Source: a virus
Lineage: Duplodnaviria; Caudoviricetes
Length of the DNA: 64,000 nt
Virus record (IMG/VR): IMGVR_UViG_3300031857_000149
Coordinates: 792 to 64,791 of that record
Strand: one strand, 5' to 3'
The translations under genes and the position numbers were made by a program. Below are positions 28,174 to 36,985 of the stretch, piece after piece; within the stretch, counting starts at the first letter, position 1, and each line of letters opens with the position of its first letter. The notes below the pieces were generated by a model. It searched no databases and was not told where the DNA came from. It saw nothing but the letters and a program-made list of their open reading frames with translations.

Positions 28174-29919
28174 TTAGTTACAGTTCCACTTTCTAAGAGA
28201 TAATGCTTTTCTTGTTGGGCGACCTTTTTCATCTTCCATAGGACCAGGCATCCCTCCCATACGAGCACAGAATGATTTTCTACGCTTCGCATCTTTAGAT
28301 CCTGGTTTCAATTTTGATGGTTCAGTTGTAACGGCAGTTTGCAATTTTGAACCAGGATTTTCTTTTCTATACGATGCAACTCCTGCAGCATTTAAACCGC
28401 CCTCTGGGTTCTTACCTTCCTTTCTTTGCCAGGTAGGAGACGCTTCTGACATAAATCTCATAAATGACTTCCCTTCTCCAAGCATCCTGCTACCAATACC
28501 TCTGGATGGTTTTAGTGGTTCTGGTTTGATGATATCAATAAATTCTGCATAATGATTACCATTAGCATCTTCAATCGAAACTGATTCTGGGACACAATTG
28601 GGAACAATTTTTTTACCCTTCTTCTTCATACCAACTTTTTTATATCCTGCCCAACACGCTTCTTTAACGTTATGTTCTCCGCCATCGATATAATCTGCAG
28701 CTGTATCAATATAATCTGCCGCTTTGGTAATTTTTGATTGAACCCACGCTTCAATATTACCTTCACCTTTTAATTTTCCACGAAGTCTTTTTGCAGCAGA
28801 AATAATTGTAGATAATTCAGAACGAGCCATAGAATATTCGTGGTCTGGTTCCTTAGATTCATTTGCAGGATGAACCTGTGCAATATCATATTTCATTTGA
28901 TTTGTGGTTAATACTGATGGTGTCGAATACATTGCCCAAAACTTAGGACCATATTTGCACTCAATTGAAAGTTCATCTTTTCGGCATTTTGGGCAGTATC
29001 TTTTTTCATTATCATAAATTGGTCCTTCCCAATTAGGTAACCAATCGGTTGATTCGGATTTTGTTCCCCAATTAGCAGCACCAACCTTACGACATTTGAC
29101 AAGTGCTCCAGAAGCATATGCACTTGGCCAAACATCATATCTTGATTTTACTTTGTTATAGCAAGCATCTTTTTTACCACTACTCTTGCCTTTAGCATCT
29201 TTTTCTTCGTTCATTTTTCTTTTTGGTTTATCAGTAGAAACGTAAGTCGGTTTTGCCGCACCAGATTTTTCTGGTTGATTTGGGTCTGCGGCACTTTTTC
29301 TTCTTTGTGCGGATATTCTTTCCTTCGTTGTCATACTCGCTCTTTTGTCTGAAGAAACGCACTTAGGTGTTTCATCTTCTTCACCTTCTTCGCGGGCGCA
29401 AGGTTCTCCGGAGATTACTTCAACCCAACCAGGCTTTCCTCCTTTTGATTTGGACCCCTTAAACCATTGATGAAGAGTACCTTCGTTTAATTTTTTAATC
29501 CAAACGTCTGGTGTTCTCTTGTGCTTTTCGACGAAAGAATTATGTAATTCTTTTGCCGTCATATTATGTTTTTTCATTATACGGCGCATCAATTTATCAA
29601 TTGAATTATACGAAATATCGTTTAATTTTTTCAATTGATCTTCAAGTTCTTTGACCGCATCATTAAAATTTACATTCACATCTTTAAATTTATTATGATG
29701 TTTCTTTGCATCTGCCTCCATTTTTTTGAGGCGAGTGTAATAATCTGGAATTTCATCTAGATGCTGAAGAGCAATTTTAACTGCTAATTTTTGATCCTTT
29801 GTGTGCTCATGTTCAATTGGGGCACCCATATCGAGTTGTTTCTGAATAAAAGAAACTTCGAGACGATGCTTTTTGGCAATCTCTTCCACGCTATTATATG
29901 GCTTTAATTGCTCATTCAT
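28174..29919 (-). CDS. modular basic protein, 581 aa, probable protease-processed internal polyprotein
   Basis: String of short K/R- and Cys-containing modules joined at x-x-E sites; N-terminal E.EHT...IA..HL.E.PDYY..L and C-terminal RRKSFCARM...W.C modules. Confidence 0.75.
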   Translation of the reverse strand: MNEQLKPYNSVEEIAKKHRLEVSFIQKQLDMGAPIEHEHTKDQKLAVKIALQHLDEIPDYYTRLKKMEADAKKHHNKFKDVNVNFNDAVKELEDQLKKLNDISYNSIDKLMRRIMKKHNMTAKELHNSFVEKHKRTPDVWIKKLNEGTLHQWFKGSKSKGGKPGWVEVISGEPCAREEGEEDETPKCVSSDKRASMTTKERISAQRRKSAADPNQPEKSGAAKPTYVSTDKPKRKMNEEKDAKGKSSGKKDACYNKVKSRYDVWPSAYASGALVKCRKVGAANWGTKSESTDWLPNWEGPIYDNEKRYCPKCRKDELSIECKYGPKFWAMYSTPSVLTTNQMKYDIAQVHPANESKEPDHEYSMARSELSTIISAAKRLRGKLKGEGNIEAWVQSKITKAADYIDTAADYIDGGEHNVKEACWAGYKKVGMKKKGKKIVPNCVPESVSIEDANGNHYAEFIDIIKPEPLKPSRGIGSRMLGEGKSFMRFMSEASPTWQRKEGKNPEGGLNAAGVASYRKENPGSKLQTAVTTEPSKLKPGSKDAKRRKSFCARMGGMPGPMEDEKGRPTRKALSLRKWNCN

Positions 29920-29934
29920 TGATAAAAAAATTTA

Positions 29935-30357
29935 TTACTCTTTATTATTTAGAAAACCTTGCTTAAGTAATTTTGATAGTTCTGATGTGGACCCAACAAA
30001 TAGGGCATTATTTGTGACATTATTTGTTGTTTTTATTGAGGTATCCTCAACGTCTTTCAATTTCTTTTGCAAATCTATAAGTTTATCTGTTGTATCTGCG
30101 ACACTCTTTATTAACTGTCCTGCAACTTCATATGCTCTAGGACTTCCACCTTCGCCAGCAAGTTCCATAATTCCATTAATTGCCTCCTGACCCTTTTCAA
30201 TTAATGAATACAAATTAGCTCTTGTGTATTCATAATCTTTTTTAATATCATTAGAAATAGTATTTTCGTTTGATAAAATCTCACATTCTTCCTGCTCCAC
30301 CTCAACAATAGAACCAGAAATATTAAGTGCTTCATCTATGCTTTCAAAGTTACTCAT
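29935..30357 (-). CDS. gp16: terminase small subunit (T4 gp16-like)
   Basis: DYEYTR.NL..LIEKG, PRAYEV..QL, NNALFVGST.EL. Confidence 0.93.
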   Translation of the reverse strand: MSNFESIDEALNISGSIVEVEQEECEILSNENTISNDIKKDYEYTRANLYSLIEKGQEAINGIMELAGEGGSPRAYEVAGQLIKSVADTTDKLIDLQKKLKDVEDTSIKTTNNVTNNALFVGSTSELSKLLKQGFLNNKE

Positions 30358-30366
30358 AAATTTTAA

Positions 30367-31164
30367 TTACACATCTTGCTGTAAAGTAGGACTATATGTC
30401 TTTGAATCTGTAAATATCTCTAAAGTCTCATTAAACCCAAAATCATCATCTGGATTAGCATCTATTGGATCCGGGACCACAGTGTATCTCATTTCCCTTT
30501 TTGCCGATTGGATGTCCGTAGAAGCGTGATAATCAACTTGAACCTTACGAATTAGGCCATCAGTAGTATCAGAAATAGGTCCAAACAACTGGGTTTTTGC
30601 TGTAAATTGGAACGTATAAATTAGTGCCCTTCTTGTTGAAAAATCACCTTCATAATCGTCCTGAAAATTTACAGAATTTAGTACTATTGGTATATCTCTC
30701 TTCTCTCCTATAGAATCAATTAGATCGATAGTGATATTAAATGATGGCTGAAAAAATGGTAAAATCTGTTCAACTATTTGCAGAGCGTCATCATTAAGTT
30801 TTGCAAGGACATTTAATTCAAATCCAATATTATATGGAACAGGTAAAAATACTTTTTTTAATTGATCACCATCTAAGGTTTTAAATGTTTGAGTAACCCC
30901 TGTCTTTCTAGCACTATCATATTGAATAGAATTCATTTCAAATGACATTCTTGGCAATGTTATTTGAACTGGTTGATTTAATTCTGGTTGTTGTCTTATC
31001 CTAGATAAAAATTTCTGAGACGGTCCATATGCCAGAGGAACTCTTAAATCACTAATTACATTAGATGAAGAATCTTTATGGTTGATATGAATATCGTTAA
31101 ATAAATTTCCAAAAGATACTATGGTCTTTCTTATAATTTGATGGTAATAGTAATTTCCTAGCAT
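30367..31164 (-). CDS. gp15: tail sheath stabilizer / tail terminator (T4 gp15-like)
   Basis: FG.LFN, VPL.YGP..KF, LPRMSFE, QI.EQILPFFQP. Confidence 0.95.
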   Translation of the reverse strand: MLGNYYYHQIIRKTIVSFGNLFNDIHINHKDSSSNVISDLRVPLAYGPSQKFLSRIRQQPELNQPVQITLPRMSFEMNSIQYDSARKTGVTQTFKTLDGDQLKKVFLPVPYNIGFELNVLAKLNDDALQIVEQILPFFQPSFNITIDLIDSIGEKRDIPIVLNSVNFQDDYEGDFSTRRALIYTFQFTAKTQLFGPISDTTDGLIRKVQVDYHASTDIQSAKREMRYTVVPDPIDANPDDDFGFNETLEIFTDSKTYSPTLQQDV

Positions 31165-32546
31165 TAGTAGACGCCGAATGGATTTGATTCTGTGAAGTCC
31201 ACAATGAGATCCGCCTCATCTTGGAATTCTTGATTTTGTTCATATTTATCATATGTAGGCTGCTTAACTACATATGCAAGACTATATGATGACTGTGACA
31301 TGGATCCAACAATCAATTCTCCGTCATAGAATTGACCGCTACTTATCCCAACTTTTAATATATTTGTATCTTTATCCCAATTTTTAACTTTTGCAGTGGT
31401 TCCTGATCTACTACCAGTTACCCTCTCATTATACCAATAAGTACCAACTCCAGAATAACTTGGGGGAAGACTTACAGTTATACTTGGAGATCCCATGTAT
31501 CCCAACCCAGCATCTACAATTAGTACTTGTGATATTGTTCCAGCCGCACTTACCACTGGTCTCAGTATGGATGGGGTTGATGGACTTAGTGCTGGAAGAG
31601 ATGGTGAAATATTTGGTGTCGTGGAATATCCAACGCCACCATTAATAATATTTACTTTAGACATTCCAAAATAATTGGTTACTATTCCGCAAGTTGCTGC
31701 TGCTCCAACACCCGACCCACCAATAAATGAAATTCTGGGAGTCGTTGTATAACCAGCTCCGGCATTTGTTAGCAAAATTTCTTTAATTGAATAAACTCCA
31801 CCCCTGTAGGTTGTAATTGCAACAGCCGTAGCATTAACTCCTCCAGAAGGTGCAGAAGATATTGCAACCACTGGTGGAGTTCTATAACCATAACCATCAT
31901 TCGTTAAAAAGACCTTTCTAACATATCCACTAGACAATGACGGAGATACTGCTGCTTGTGCTCCCGTTGAAAAAAGTTGAAGTGAAATAATATTTCCAAT
32001 ATTTTGAATGGTCTTATCAATTTCGTCTATAGAAGTATCTAAAACCTCATCTTCATATTCAAATAGCTCACACTTTAATTCATAAGTGTACAATTTACCT
32101 AATTGGTAAAATGGTTGCTCGTGCTCTACGAATTTAACTTCAAAAAGTCTTTGTCCTAGAGGAAAATAGATTAAATCCCCCTCTCTTGGTCTTGTTGCAA
32201 CCTCAATCTCATCCTCATCCATTGAGTTTAAGAATGGTGCAATAAAATCTTCAAATCTTTCCCTTGAAATAACTAAAGTTACTTCATCTCGCAAACTCAT
32301 TCCAAATTTTGTTAAAATATCCCCAGCTCCGGAATGACCTTCATAAGTATTGATATATGCTTCCAACAAGAAATTATCATCAAATTTTGATGAGGTGACT
32401 TCTTCAATAATTGTTTCTTTTTTGACAAATTTTCTCGGAATATATGTTACCTCAACTCCATACATTCTAAGTTGTTCATTAATTAATTCCTGAATTAATC
32501 TCTGTTCTCCGGGAGAACCTTGTAAAAAAAATGGATTTAGTGCCAT
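31164..32546 (-). CDS. gp14: neck protein (T4 gp14-like) with GxGY-repeat insertion
   Basis: P.EGDLIYFP, FYQLG..Y.Y.L.CELFEY..E, DFTESNPFG. Confidence 0.93.
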   Translation of the reverse strand: MALNPFFLQGSPGEQRLIQELINEQLRMYGVEVTYIPRKFVKKETIIEEVTSSKFDDNFLLEAYINTYEGHSGAGDILTKFGMSLRDEVTLVISRERFEDFIAPFLNSMDEDEIEVATRPREGDLIYFPLGQRLFEVKFVEHEQPFYQLGKLYTYELKCELFEYEDEVLDTSIDEIDKTIQNIGNIISLQLFSTGAQAAVSPSLSSGYVRKVFLTNDGYGYRTPPVVAISSAPSGGVNATAVAITTYRGGVYSIKEILLTNAGAGYTTTPRISFIGGSGVGAAATCGIVTNYFGMSKVNIINGGVGYSTTPNISPSLPALSPSTPSILRPVVSAAGTISQVLIVDAGLGYMGSPSITVSLPPSYSGVGTYWYNERVTGSRSGTTAKVKNWDKDTNILKVGISSGQFYDGELIVGSMSQSSYSLAYVVKQPTYDKYEQNQEFQDEADLIVDFTESNPFGVY

Positions 32547-33376
32547 TATCCAATAAAATCGTAGGGTGGTAACTCATACTCTAGAGTCATTGACTGTTTG
32601 ATAGCGTCTAATTCTCTTTCTGCATCTTCATATATTTCTCTTCCATTCAATTCTATTCCACCAGGGAGCTTAACTCCTCTAAATTTAATTAGATTTTGCC
32701 CCCATTGTTTTTTAATAAGTGCGGTTAAATATTTTTTTATAAAACTATCATTATAAACTTTGGTAAAATCATTCGGATCTAAAATTCTATAGCAATCAAT
32801 AACAATAAAATTACCTGCGCTTTGCGCTCCCCAATCAATATCAAGATAAAGTCTATTCTGTCTTTTATTAAATCTAACCTGCTTATCAGTCGTCAATAAG
32901 AAATCAATATCTTCAAGATATGATTTTGTCATAGCGTATTGTAAAAGATTAATAGAATTGAAATAATATAAGTCATTTAAAAATAACTGGTATTTGATAC
33001 TGAACATACCTCCAGATATTGAACTAGTATCAAATTTAAAAATCTTTTCTATACCAATCACAGAATCTGGAACTTGAATATAATTTGATGCTTCATAAAA
33101 ATTAAATGATGTATTTGTATTTGATACTCCAGTTGTAGTTACTACACCAACACCATCAGTTTTTGCACCCCTTCCTCTATCGATATCATTTTGAGTTATT
33201 TGATATTTTAGATACATTCTTTCGACACCATCAAAATGCCTTTCATGAAAATATTGTAGTGCATCATCAACCAAATCATCTATTTGGTCATCATCTACAT
33301 TTATTTCTAATACTGGCGCACCCAATCTACGTAGACAATAATCTACCAGTTGTTGACGTGTCGATGGTTTTGCCAT
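32546..33376 (-). CDS. gp13: neck protein (T4 gp13-like)
   Basis: LRRLGAPV..INV, QWG.NL.KF....LPGG..LNG. Confidence 0.96.
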   Translation of the reverse strand: MAKPSTRQQLVDYCLRRLGAPVLEINVDDDQIDDLVDDALQYFHERHFDGVERMYLKYQITQNDIDRGRGAKTDGVGVVTTTGVSNTNTSFNFYEASNYIQVPDSVIGIEKIFKFDTSSISGGMFSIKYQLFLNDLYYFNSINLLQYAMTKSYLEDIDFLLTTDKQVRFNKRQNRLYLDIDWGAQSAGNFIVIDCYRILDPNDFTKVYNDSFIKKYLTALIKKQWGQNLIKFRGVKLPGGIELNGREIYEDAERELDAIKQSMTLEYELPPYDFIG

Positions 33377-33598
33377 TTACTCTTCCCAGGATTCGGATTT
33401 ACTTGCAATTGCTTTTTTAGGTTTGGAAGACTTTAATGCTTCTAATTCGCTATTTAATTCATTAATTCTTTTTGTTAATGAATCAATAATTTGATTAGAA
33501 GTTAAATTTCTAGATTCCAATGCAATATTTTGAACGAAAAGATCACTAGATCTTTGTTGATATATTGCCAAAAGATTTTTATAGTCTATTTCGTTCAT
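33377..33598 (-). CDS. hypothetical coiled-coil protein, 73 aa
   Basis: ORF after a late promoter, abutting gp13. Confidence 0.75.
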   Translation of the reverse strand: MNEIDYKNLLAIYQQRSSDLFVQNIALESRNLTSNQIIDSLTKRINELNSELEALKSSKPKKAIASKSESWEE

Positions 33599-33608
33599 TT
33601 TTTATAAT

Positions 33609-33632
33609 AAAAAAGGTGGGTAAATCCCACCT
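33609..33632 (-). terminator. terminator-like hairpin
   Basis: AGGTGGG-ATTTA-CCCACCT followed by T5. Confidence 0.7.
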
Positions 33633-33633
33633 G

Positions 33634-33641
33634 TATTTATA
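33634..33641 (-). promoter_or_regulatory. T4-type late promoter
   Basis: Exact TATAAATA. Confidence 0.75.
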
Positions 33642-33658
33642 TGTTATTTATCTAACTA

Positions 33659-35890
33659 CTAAAACGCTCCACCATCAACAGTGATATTTTCTAAAGTTCT
33701 AATACCAGATGAACAATTAATTACTTGAGATTGTCCAGCACAATCATTAACCCATAGTGCTCCGATTTCGATAGGAGCCCAAACGGTGCTTATTGTATCA
33801 ACAACTCCGTTAGTTACTGTTAAATCTGAAGCAATTCCAATTCTTCCGGTAGAATCATCCCAGAATATTCCGGACTTTTTAGCAGAAGTAGTATAGTAAT
33901 TGAATAAAACTCCAATATCAATATTTGCATCGACCGATGGCGGTACAAGTGATCCACCACTGTTAACTAGTCCTAAATCAATTAAGTTGTCTTCAACTTT
34001 CAATTCCGTGGTATTAACAATTGTTTGACTGCCAAGAACTGTTAGGTCTCCAGTTACCGTTAAACTGCTAGCAACACTTACATTTCCACTGACGTCATTA
34101 ATTGTAATTGCAGAACTACCATCACTAGCATTAATTGTACCAGTTTTGATTGTCGGTACTGTTAATGTATCGGTTCCTGGGTTATATTTAATGCCAGAAT
34201 CAACACGAATTGTTTCACCAGTCTGTGAAGTTGCATCATCAACAAAAGTTAAATAGTAATCTGATGAAGTCGTTGTTGCAGTAGTATCAACTTGAGTCGA
34301 ACGAGTTGCAGTGGTTGCTGTTCCAGTAATTGATCCGCCAACCTGAAGATTTCCTGTCAGTGCAACAGTAGATCCATCATCAGTAATACTTGAATTTGTT
34401 AATTGGTTATCTGTATTATCCCACTTCAGTACAGTATTAGCGGAAAGGTTGGTTCCGTTCTTCAGAGCAACATCATCTACATTAACTGTGATGCCTTCTC
34501 CTGCCCCTACAGCAAGGGTTGGGGTAGATCCTGCACCAGTTGTTCCCCCGGTTAATCCATTGCCCGAGGAGATGCTTGCAACGTAGTCACCTGAAGTATA
34601 AGTTCCAAGTACAACTGAATTTAGTGCAAGTGTTGCTGCTAATCCAACATTAGCAGTTCCATTAAATGAAACTGCAGGAGCAGTTATAAAATCCCCAGTG
34701 ATACTAAAGTCTCTTGCATTCTGAAGAGTAGTTGCAGTTGAAATTGTACCACTCAGAGTACCACTAATGCTGGATGCTGAAATATTTGTAAAATAACCAT
34801 TAGTTGCCGAGATGGAATTATCAGACATCGTAATGCCTGAACCAACAGCAAGGCGAACACCATCCGCCATTGTGGTGGTTCCAATCGCAACACCATAGTT
34901 AAAGGCAAATGCATCAGTTCCAAAACCAAGAGTTCCTTGCTTGAACCACATCAATTGCTTGTAAGTGTCTGGAAGTGTATTGATTCCAGATGCAGCGAAT
35001 GAAACTAATGGGCTTCCAACTGTTGATGCGATTGCAACACCTGCGTGATTTGCAGTATCATCAGTTGAAGCATCTGTATTTGTTACACTTGTAGTGTATC
35101 CAAGGATGATATCTTTGTTCTTAATAAAAACCTCTTGTCCTAATAATGTAACTGAAGTTCCACCAATAGTTACATTACCATCAACATTTAAATTGCCGGT
35201 AACATCCAAATTTCTACTAAAATATCCGTCTCTCCATCTCTTTCCAATCAGACCTAAATCATAAGTATTGGTTACATTTGGAACAAGATTGGATATAAAT
35301 TCTCCAGCAACACTAATATTGTCTCCATCACCATCACCAAGATTAATCTGACCACCATAGAACGTAGCAGTTCCAATAAAATAGGATTCACCAGCAACAG
35401 AAAGTCCTGCGCCAACTGTGACATTCTTATTAACTCCTAATCCACCATCAATTTGTACTGCGCCAGTATCTGGATTTCCTAAGATATTATCGGTTGTATC
35501 ACTAAACGTTGAAATACCAGAAAATATTGCGTTAGTTGATCCACTACCCCAAGTTAAATTACCACTTCCATCATTGGTAAGAACTGTTCCATTAATACCT
35601 TGAGAACCTGGGAGGGTATAAGTTACAATACCTGCTAATGAATCTGGAGATTTTACGCTAACATAAGCGGTTCCATTAGAAGTTCCCTCAACTAGATTTA
35701 TAGAACTTCCTTTGGATGATGTTTCTTTAGTCCAATAACGATGAGATCCAAAAAACTTGTTATTATTCGTGGTACTATCAATACCAACATATAAATCAAA
35801 TGTATCAGTTGTAAGTGCTGGTTCGCCTGCTCGTAACCCTGGCAGATTTGTAAAGGCACCTCTTTTAAATTGAATTACTGGAGAGGCCAT
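33659..35890 (-). CDS. fibre-like structural protein
   Basis: N-terminal IQFKRG...L.AGEP....DT..LYVG (Mtd-N-like), G/T/S-rich shaft repeats, C-terminal DGGAF. Confidence 0.8.
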   Translation of the reverse strand: MASPVIQFKRGAFTNLPGLRAGEPALTTDTFDLYVGIDSTTNNNKFFGSHRYWTKETSSKGSSINLVEGTSNGTAYVSVKSPDSLAGIVTYTLPGSQGINGTVLTNDGSGNLTWGSGSTNAIFSGISTFSDTTDNILGNPDTGAVQIDGGLGVNKNVTVGAGLSVAGESYFIGTATFYGGQINLGDGDGDNISVAGEFISNLVPNVTNTYDLGLIGKRWRDGYFSRNLDVTGNLNVDGNVTIGGTSVTLLGQEVFIKNKDIILGYTTSVTNTDASTDDTANHAGVAIASTVGSPLVSFAASGINTLPDTYKQLMWFKQGTLGFGTDAFAFNYGVAIGTTTMADGVRLAVGSGITMSDNSISATNGYFTNISASSISGTLSGTISTATTLQNARDFSITGDFITAPAVSFNGTANVGLAATLALNSVVLGTYTSGDYVASISSGNGLTGGTTGAGSTPTLAVGAGEGITVNVDDVALKNGTNLSANTVLKWDNTDNQLTNSSITDDGSTVALTGNLQVGGSITGTATTATRSTQVDTTATTTSSDYYLTFVDDATSQTGETIRVDSGIKYNPGTDTLTVPTIKTGTINASDGSSAITINDVSGNVSVASSLTVTGDLTVLGSQTIVNTTELKVEDNLIDLGLVNSGGSLVPPSVDANIDIGVLFNYYTTSAKKSGIFWDDSTGRIGIASDLTVTNGVVDTISTVWAPIEIGALWVNDCAGQSQVINCSSGIRTLENITVDGGAF

Positions 35891-35928
35891 TTTTTTTTCT
35901 GGTACTTTAGTAATTATTTATTAAAATA

Positions 35929-36249
35929 TTAAAAGCTACCTGCATCAACATCAATTTTATTATCCAAATCAATATCTAATGCACCAATAAATGCAGTTGG
36001 TAACCCTACACTATTTGGTTCATTAACAGCAGCAATTAGCACATCATCTGGATTAACAAATTCATATTTATTTTGGGATGAATTGTACATCAGGATATAA
36101 TTATCCTGGACATTTGTGGTATCTACATCAGAAAGTGACCCCAAACTTTGAGAAGATGAAGATGAAGAGATAACCTTTACTGAATTTTGCTGCCCAACTC
36201 TTACTTTGACATTATTTTCATTAACTCTTACTCTGATATTACCGTCCAT
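35929..36249 (-). CDS. hypothetical structural protein, 106 aa
   Basis: L..L.DVD....DN.IL.YN motif; C-terminal DAGSF. Confidence 0.75.
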   Translation of the reverse strand: MDGNIRVRVNENNVKVRVGQQNSVKVISSSSSSQSLGSLSDVDTTNVQDNYILMYNSSQNKYEFVNPDDVLIAAVNEPNSVGLPTAFIGALDIDLDNKIDVDAGSF

Positions 36250-36590
36250 TATCTGGTCACTCCTTCACGAACCAAAACCATACCTTCAACTACTTTCGAC
36301 TTAACTCCCGTACCATTTTCTTGAATAACAACGTCATAGACATATCTTCCTGGTTTTAATGCAGATGTTATTGATGAAGCTAATCCAATTCTAATTTTTC
36401 CCAACGACGAATTGACTACTTGTGTAGTAAAATTAGTATAACTTGAGCTGCCAGAATGTTTTCTTAACTGAGACAGTACTGCATAGTTGCTAAGATTCAG
36501 TGCCGAATTTTCATTTTGGCTTTCCAAAGTAAAGACTTGATTGAAATCTATTCCAGAATCTACTACTAAATTGCTGACATATACTGCCAT
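36249..36590 (-). CDS. hypothetical structural adaptor (BppU-like Ig fold)
   Basis: G.DF...F, L.PGRYVYDV, VVEG...V..GVT pattern. Confidence 0.7.
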   Translation of the reverse strand: MAVYVSNLVVDSGIDFNQVFTLESQNENSALNLSNYAVLSQLRKHSGSSSYTNFTTQVVNSSLGKIRIGLASSITSALKPGRYVYDVVIQENGTGVKSKVVEGMVLVREGVTR

Positions 36591-36615
36591 TTGTAATCTT
36601 TATTGTTCTTTTAAG

Positions 36616-36623
36616 TATTTATA
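36616..36623 (-). promoter_or_regulatory. T4-type late promoter
   Basis: Exact TATAAATA upstream of 36590. Confidence 0.85.
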
Positions 36624-36795
36624 AATCAATATTTGGCAATGATAACATAACCTCCTGCTGCTTCAAATACAATTTGAAATATGCTTTTGCAATATTTTTT
36701 AATTCATCCCCAGATAGGTCATCGATAAGTCTTGAATATTTTTCATATTCAAACTGCTTATCTATATTATTTAATTTTATATCATTTGGATTCAT
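36619..36795 (-). CDS. 58-aa helical protein, NblA-like (MNPNDIKLNNIDKQFEYEKYSRLIDDLSGDELKNIAKAYFKLYLKQQEVMLSLPNIDL)
   Basis: Manual translation; fills the gap exactly; QF...S.D..K spacing resembles NblA. The ORF is well supported, the function is tentative. Confidence 0.6.
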   Translation of the reverse strand: MNPNDIKLNNIDKQFEYEKYSRLIDDLSGDELKNIAKAYFKLYLKQQEVMLSLPNIDL

Positions 36796-36985
36796 TTATT
36801 AATTGTAGTAATAAAGATTTAATTTCACTTACTTCATTCTTTAATTTTTCTATTTCATTCTTTTGTTTCTTTTTTTCATTTCTAGTATTAATATAATTCT
36901 GATATGCAAAAGAATCGCAATTTAAGATCGCTCCAGTATTTTCATCACGAAATAAATTTTTATGCCCTTCTACTGGTATCATCAT
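36782..36985 (-). CDS. hypothetical protein, 67 aa
   Basis: VEGH.NL.RD..TGAI.N plus coiled coil; ATGA overlap with the upstream gene. Confidence 0.8.
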   Translation of the reverse strand: MMIPVEGHKNLFRDENTGAILNCDSFAYQNYINTRNEKKKQKNEIEKLKNEVSEIKSLLLQLINESK

